Origin: Psammoneis japonica
Taxonomy: Eukaryota
Direction: 5' to 3'
Length of the DNA stretch: 64,000 nucleotides
Assembly: GCA_008632985.1 (NCBI GenBank)
Contig: QPGO01000093.1
Coordinates: forward strand, 1 to 64,000
In this document: positions 57,652 to 64,000 of the stretch, piece by piece
Position numbering within the stretch: the first letter of the stretch is position 1
How the letters are laid out: each line of letters opens with the position of its first letter
Notes under the pieces: generated by a model
What the model was told of the DNA's origin: nothing
Databases searched by the model: none
What the model saw: only the letters and a program-made list of their open reading frames with translations
Translations under genes and position numbers: made by a program

Positions 57652-57986
57652 GGTGTACTCAGTAGGGTTGGGTGTTGGGTGTGGCGTTCGATGATGATGT
57701 CTTCTCTTCTATCTCAGTCGCGCGAATCGAAAAGATCCGTATCCGAGATCTTACGTACGAAGGACGCTCACACGTACGACGGACAGCATCAAAGGTGAAA
57801 ATCGCAAAATCATCAACAGAAAATGAAGAAAATCCAATCAAAATCACAAAACTGACACAAAATCGAAGAATAGGAGATCGGAGATCGACAATCGACAGCA
57901 AGCGCCATGGCCATGGCCGCGGGCTAAAATAGGAGAGAACGAAGACGCCGCAACCGCTAAAAATACTGCGATTAGGAAGATTATCC

Positions 57987-59257
57987 ATGGAAAACGCTAC
58001 GCATGCACCGACCCCCGAGACTTCAGTGGAAGGCTTGCAACACATTCCAGCTCATCTTCAAATTAAGGTCTTGCACGTTGACAGCAGTATTATTGTGATT
58101 GCAAAGCCTTGTCATCTCCGGAGCGTACCCGGTCATGCCACTCCACCTCCACCCGACAAAGCAATAATGCGTCCGAAAAAACGACCCAGAAACACACAAC
58201 AAGTTGATGTTGATGCTGGCACACAAAGAACAGCTCAGGAGGCGTGGGCGGCGGCGATTGAAAGCTTTGCTCACGCTGGAGATGACACTGTTGATGTTGA
58301 CGACTCATCAAGTGCCACAGAGTTAACCAATCACGATTTCACGAAATCCTTCTTAAAACGTCTTTCAGAAACTAGAAACACAAGCGCGATTCCACGAAAG
58401 TGGAAACTCTTTTGGAAATATGTACAGCGAAGTCGACAACGTTTGGTTGCTGAGGAAGTAACCGAGGATGAAGTTGAACCTCTAGTCAAGAACGTCTACG
58501 AATTAATTAGAACTCGACAAGAGCGATATATGAATCTTCCTGAGCCAACTATACACGAAGAGTCTGCGCTGGGCCAATTAGGGCTTATGGGCTATGGGCA
58601 CCTCAAGAATAAATCAAGCCCGCCCAGGGGTATCCACGTTGTGCATCGTCTCGACTGTGAGGTGAGTACGTGTAATTGAAAGGATAAGATTGAGTCCAAA
58701 TGATCTATTCAGAATACCGTATTTTTCCGATCTTGCAGACATCAGGAGTCATGGTCTTTGCTAGAACTGAAAATGCCGCGTCGTTCTTGTGCCAGGCGTG
58801 GAGGGAGCGAGAAAAGGTCGAAAAGCTATACCTAGCTCGGGTTCAGTCTTGGCCACCCTTTCACGACAAGCAACAGCGCGAGGGAGTCATCGACTTGCCA
58901 CTTGCTCCCAGCAAAGAACGTCTCAAGTGGGAGGTACGAACGGATGGTACAGGCAAGGAGAGCATTACAAAGTGGAAGGTGAAGGACGAGCCCCACAAAC
59001 CGTCCTCGGATCAAACAGTATTGCTGGAACTATCCCCCGTCACAGGGCGTACGCATCAGCTACGAATCCATTGCGCAGCAGTGGGTGGCGGAATATGCGG
59101 TGATTCTCTCTATGGTGACAACAAGGTTGAATGGAAGGAGGATAAAGCATCTTGTTCTGCCACCGACACCATGCTCAACCTGCATGCGCACATTCTCAGA
59201 TTCCCACATCCAGAAACGAGTGACGTTGTTGAGTTCGTTTCGCCTCCGCCATGGTAA
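57987..59257 (+). CDS. RluA-family pseudouridine synthase
   Basis: 'KP..L.SVPG', 'VHRLDCE|TSG', 'TGRTHQLRIH', 'GDSLYG', 'LHA..L.F.HP'; intron 58662-58738. Confidence 0.92.
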
Positions 59258-59352
59258 TGAGAGTCAGAAGATGAAAACCCTACGTTTAAAAGTATGAGTA
59301 AGGTTTTATGCATAAGATAGTCCTCTAGCTATCTCGCCTGGGTCGCGAGTGA

Positions 59353-60055
59353 TTATTCTTTGAGCCCAGTTCTCGCCTGTTGCATTCCGTCGAGCGCACC
59401 CTGAATGAGCAAGTCCCTTTCTTCAAGGTGGTTGGTTCGAAAATTTTCAAGAGCTGCTGCGAAAGATTCCAATGCATTGCTAAAGGATCCAAGCATGAGG
59501 CGCACCCATGCGATGTTATTCAGCGTTCTGCCTTCTTGAATTGTGTTGGCTCCAAAATGCAAACGTGTCAGCTTCAAGACTTCGTCGTAGCAGCAAAGTG
59601 CTGTGGTGTAGTTTCCGCAATTGAAGTGAACTGTTCCAATGTTGTTAATAGTCGCAATCATTTCGACAGACTTGAGTCCAAACAACCTCTTTTTAATTCG
59701 AAGACTCCACTCGTACGTCTCCAGAGCTTGTTTGTAAAAGCCCCTGCATGATAAGAGCAAAACCATGTTTGAAATTAGAACCGAGGTAGAGAAGTCGGGA
59801 GGGGAACGAGCCCACGGTTGAGATCACTCACTTTTTTCTGTAAATGAAACCGATATTATTCAAAATGCTAAAGAGTTCCACTAGATCTTGCCGCGTCTGA
59901 GGCTTCTTTTGTGAAATTGCTTGTCCGTACAGCTGCAACGCCTTGTCGAATTCATTGTTCTGTACACATTTGTTTCCTTCCAAAATGATATTCTTTCTAT
60001 CAGAGACTCGTGCTCGTGTATCTGCTATGGTTTCTTTTGAATCGTTGCCGTTCAT
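59353..60055 (-). CDS. Small TPR-repeat protein
   Basis: 'ILNNIG', 'ATINNIGTVH..G.Y..AL', 'TLNNIA'; one intron ~59745-59830. Confidence 0.75.
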
Positions 60056-60551
60056 TGTTGCCTTACAAAGAAGTTGATTCCCAACAAAGTGAGCTGTGCA
60101 AAGCGAGTTTGGCGATAAAAATACCTAGATTCGTCTTGAGTCTCTTACCTTGACGTTTCTGGTGGCAACATCGTCCTGCTGTTGCTGCTGCAAGAGAATC
60201 ATACGAGAATCTTATGAATGGGTAGGTTATCGCTACGAGGAAGAAGTTTGTACTGTAGGGCGGCAATGAAAACGTTCATTCATGACAAAGAGAATACTAA
60301 GAATCAGTGGCCATGGAAGATTCGATTTCTGGTTGATGAATCTCGAAAATGTGAGCTGGTGAAGCTCAGTTTTCCGGGTTCTTGTTATCACGAACATGTG
60401 CCTTCCCGTTCACCCAGTCACGAGTGTGAGCGGCTGCCTACCGGTACCTGCCTGGGCAAGATTACGCACAGGTTAGTGTTGCTACAGTTGTTTAAAGCCT
60501 AAGTCGTACAGATAATCCTCCATCATGAAAAGTACAAGGAACTGGGTCGAA

Positions 60552-62402
60552 CTAGACATCCTTGAATGCTTTTCCTTTTCCCTTGAGCAGTCGGCTGGCA
60601 ACAGGCAAAAGGTACAACTTGACGACGACTCCTATCAACACAAGCCCAATTCCCTTGCTCGCCATACTCCATGACAGCCATCTACTGGCAAATATCTCTT
60701 GTGTAGCATCATATTCTAGTGACGCACCGCCTTCAAGATAGACATTGAAACCCTCCAAGGCACCATCGTCTTGCAAGAGACGCAGCTTTTCTCGTGCGGC
60801 CTTGAGCCATCGAATTCCGTCTCGCGAAAAAGGATCAAAGCCCAACGTGGCCTTGATATACATGGTTCTGTCATCGTGCGATGTAAAGTGTTCAGCAAAA
60901 TGATTAAACAAATGAAGCAGCTCCACGGGACAATGTGGCTTGTTGTGATCGAGACAAAGACCGGCAGCGACAAATAGTGGATACGGAACAGGGTTGTTTC
61001 GTAAAAAGGCAGCTCCATCATAGCTAGTTCGATAATGATGAGACTTGAAAGCATCGCGCCCATGAGCGTCTTTGTTCTTGAAACCAGTCTCGCCATACAT
61101 TTCGTCCATGACTTCACCCAAGTGCTCTTGCAAGTTTCCATCCTCGGTTCTCTGTGGCACCGAGTCAAGATTGACCATACCCATACCCATCACCATTTCC
61201 AAATCCTCTTCAATCTCTTCTTCCTTAGGTGCCACTTCGGTATCAACCACCACAAACGCCTCCATGACATTGTGCATGATTCGAAAGGCCTCCTTGTTGT
61301 TGGCGTCATGCTCTGGACTAGCTTCAAAGACAATACGGTATGGACTCACTCTGCCGGGTCCAAAGAGCGATGCCAAGCGCTGATACGCAATCATGGATGG
61401 CTGTGACGATGGAAGAAGTGTATCGAGTGGTCTCAAGTCCTTGGAGGGAGCCACCGTTTCAGACTGAAACAGCGGTAGGCCCGTGTAGGTCACATCCACA
61501 TAATCCGGCGAGTGTAGTTCTCCATAGCGCTGAATCGTGTCAATAACGGATGAATCATAGTCGTTGGAATCCTTGGGAGGGACGACAAAGTCAATCTCCA
61601 CGAGAATCGTGCGTCCATCGGGAGTAGCATACTTTGATTCAGCAATATGAGGAAGAGTCGCTTGAAGAGAAAAGTACGACCTGACGTTCACAAGCGGCGT
61701 TTGTTTCAAATCCTTGTGTCCCATTCGATGCAGAAGGGTAGTTAAGTGCTCTAAAAGATATGTTTCGAATCCCAAGGCGAAGTCCTTGGTTTCCGTATCG
61801 GTAGCAATCATCACGTCATCTCTTTCAGGGGCTTGATCCAGGAGGCAGAAGATCGTTCCCGGGTTCAACGGATCATCCATTCCAATCCAACCGCTCTCGT
61901 TTGTCTTGAACGACTGTCGGAACAAATTCATGGCTTTATGACTTGGTGAATTCTTTACAGGAATTGGACGAAACGCAAAGACGTCGTTGCTTATGGAGCT
62001 CGACATGCTTCTGGACCATACCCACGATCCGCCCAGAATGATGAGCAACGCCAATGCTACCCAACCCTTGCCATTCTCAAACCGTGATCGCAGCTTTCCA
62101 TCAGTAAACCTATCTTCCAATCGACGAGGCGAGTAAAAGGGTGACGAGAAGAATCGAAGCTGAAATCTCCGCAAGGCAGTTCCAATCTTTTCAGCCGGAG
62201 TATAGAATTCCTGACCACCATAGTGATGGGGCAACAACACGTCTGCTTCTGCTGTGGCTTTTGGGACTTCCACACTTGACCTGGAAGACTTAGGAGAAGG
62301 TGTCTCAAATCCAAACACACCGTCTTCGGCGGCGTATGGCGTTGAGGCGGCCAACGCTGGGACCTCGTTCATCATGGTTGATTTCGTGTGGATGCGTTCC
62401 AC
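60552..62402 (-). CDS. Membrane-anchored protein with MMPL/RND-like soluble segments
   Basis: 616-aa ORF with two hydrophobic segments; 'TYTG.P', 'LLP...PS..AY..L...FGPG...P', 'DPFS..G..W' resemble MMPL extramembrane domains. Recalled similarity, not searched. Confidence 0.5.
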   Translation of the reverse strand: MERIHTKSTMMNEVPALAASTPYAAEDGVFGFETPSPKSSRSSVEVPKATAEADVLLPHHYGGQEFYTPAEKIGTALRRFQLRFFSSPFYSPRRLEDRFTDGKLRSRFENGKGWVALALLIILGGSWVWSRSMSSSISNDVFAFRPIPVKNSPSHKAMNLFRQSFKTNESGWIGMDDPLNPGTIFCLLDQAPERDDVMIATDTETKDFALGFETYLLEHLTTLLHRMGHKDLKQTPLVNVRSYFSLQATLPHIAESKYATPDGRTILVEIDFVVPPKDSNDYDSSVIDTIQRYGELHSPDYVDVTYTGLPLFQSETVAPSKDLRPLDTLLPSSQPSMIAYQRLASLFGPGRVSPYRIVFEASPEHDANNKEAFRIMHNVMEAFVVVDTEVAPKEEEIEEDLEMVMGMGMVNLDSVPQRTEDGNLQEHLGEVMDEMYGETGFKNKDAHGRDAFKSHHYRTSYDGAAFLRNNPVPYPLFVAAGLCLDHNKPHCPVELLHLFNHFAEHFTSHDDRTMYIKATLGFDPFSRDGIRWLKAAREKLRLLQDDGALEGFNVYLEGGASLEYDATQEIFASRWLSWSMASKGIGLVLIGVVVKLYLLPVASRLLKGKGKAFKDV

Positions 62403-62742
62403 GATTTCTGTTGGGGTGCGCCGCCGCTTTGTGTGTGATTTGAATTTAGGTCAGCCTAACGGATGATCATTAAAATAGCTATGTCTCTGAAGCTTTTTAA
62501 CATAGAAGTTATCATAACTTTTATTAGATTACTGATATCAAAAATAAAGATAGCCCTTGTCTGTGCGTAGACTAAGTAGAAAACTACGAACCCATAAGTG
62601 AAGTTTTCACAGACAAACGGCAAAGCAGATGGCACGTCATTGCCACGTCATCAACAGAATTCTGCTGATTGATGTCATCACCTCCCCTCATTTTTTTTCT
62701 TCTTCGAAAATTGTCGAAAAAGAACAAAAAGATCCAGGAACA

Positions 62743-63621
62743 ATGACACGAAAGATCGGAAGCGCTTCGCTGCTTTTCCTCCTCACCAAAGGTGCCAATA
62801 CCTTGATTTTGGGTCCACCCAATCGGGTGATTGTATCACCATCGGTCGCCAAGGCAGATTTTCTTAACCTCGGTTCCGATTTGGAGGCGGCCGTGGCGGG
62901 CGGGGCCGAGTGGCTTCACTTCTCGGTACAGGACGGTCGTATGGTCCCCAAGATTTCCTTTGGTGCCCCGGTGGTGGCATCGTGTCGAAATGCCTTCCCC
63001 AACACGGTCTTTGATGTCAAGTTGGGATGCGTCGAACCAGAACATCGGGTCGACGATTTCGTCAAGGCAGGTGCCGACATTCTCAGTGTTCATCCAGAAA
63101 GTACTGTTCAACTCGGGGCGGTGATTAACAAAATTGATAGCGCAGGAATAGCACCCGGTGTCGTGTTGAACCCAGGAACGAGTATTGCGTCTGTGGAACA
63201 TGTTCTCGATCAATGTAAAGTAGCAGTGGTCATGTTGGTGAGTACCGGTATGACTCATGTACACCGTATTTCCATATTTCTGGTCCTCTTATGATGATTA
63301 CAACAATTCACGCCTCTCGATATACCAATGCAGGTCAATCCCGGATATGGTGGACCAAAATATATGAAGCAAGCCGTAAACAAGATTCGGGAGCTTCGTC
63401 AACTCAAGCCAGACTTGCACATTTCGGTAGATGGTGGTGTCAACGAGAAGAATGCTCCTGAACTCATTGCTGCTGGAGCCAATGTCTTGGTTGCTGGAGG
63501 CGGCGTATTCAAGGCGCCCGATAAGACTGTGGCCATTAACACTCTCAAGGCTTGTGGTGCGTCAGACAAGGTATTCCATACAGGTGGGGCCTTTCGGCAA
63601 GCACCTGGTCCCATGCCGTAG
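62743..63621 (+). CDS. Ribulose-phosphate 3-epimerase-like protein with divergent active site
   Basis: 'VSPSV..ADF.NLG', 'VEPE.RV.DF.KAGAD..SVH.E', 'GVVLNPGT', 'VNPGYGG', 'VDGGV', 'AGANVLVAG'; intron 63238-63333. Confidence 0.88.
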
Positions 63622-64000
63622 TGTTATTAATGATGGCTTGAGTGGTCGAACCATATTACGACGTAGAGTAGAAATAATTGAGATACGAATGTAAACATGC
63701 CTTATAGACTGGCGGCTCTAATAATATACCGGCACCTAGATGCAGCACCATGCAATGTAAAATGACTGAAGATTCTACCAGCTGCTAGTGTGGCACCGTC
63801 AAGTAACGACACAAAGCATGATGAATCTAATCTGATTGGCGTTCTTCACAAGCCAGGGAACCCGAAAGTCTTCTCTAGTAGCCACTGCTAGAGCTGCAGC
63901 TGGCTAGCTAGATCTCAGAGGAAGCTTACGCTTTCACGTGGAAAGCAAATCTTGCTCGCGGCCCAAATGTCCTCAATCATTGTTCTTGAGCATCAGTGAC

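Overview
Eukaryotic nuclear DNA, most likely a diatom or related stramenopile (inferred from compact genes with short GT-AG introns, signal-peptide-type organelle presequences and a diatom-style Copia element). About 20 ordinary host genes alternate with roughly 28 kb of repeat or pseudogene domains (approx. 1-6780, 11950-17200, 21330-24600, 29900-32900, 37000-39020, 45350-51400, 53550-55680). The main signal is compositional. In these domains TpA dinucleotides appear to have been converted on both strands to TpG/CpA (A:T to G:C at TpA), and older domains have also lost CpG. This is clearest in a young full-length Ty1/Copia element (44637-52055, LTRs differing at 4 of 195 nt). There, conserved Tyr codons read Cys/His and codon-spanning T|A sites read T|G, while CpG is largely intact and the element's edges are spared. 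Two host-derived pseudogenes show the same changes. The pattern suggests a repeat-targeted, RIP-like hypermutation process running opposite to fungal RIP. That interpretation is an inference and needs raw-read validation to exclude a base-calling artefact. Other points: non-canonical LTR ends, FFAT-like and hydrophobic segments in the Copia polyprotein, two gag-only LTR elements with target-site duplications (TSDs), a tRNA-containing TRIM, a foldback insertion, TAGAG/CTAG-rich intergenic tracts, an HMG-box/histone-fold fusion, and an RPE paralog lacking two metal ligands.
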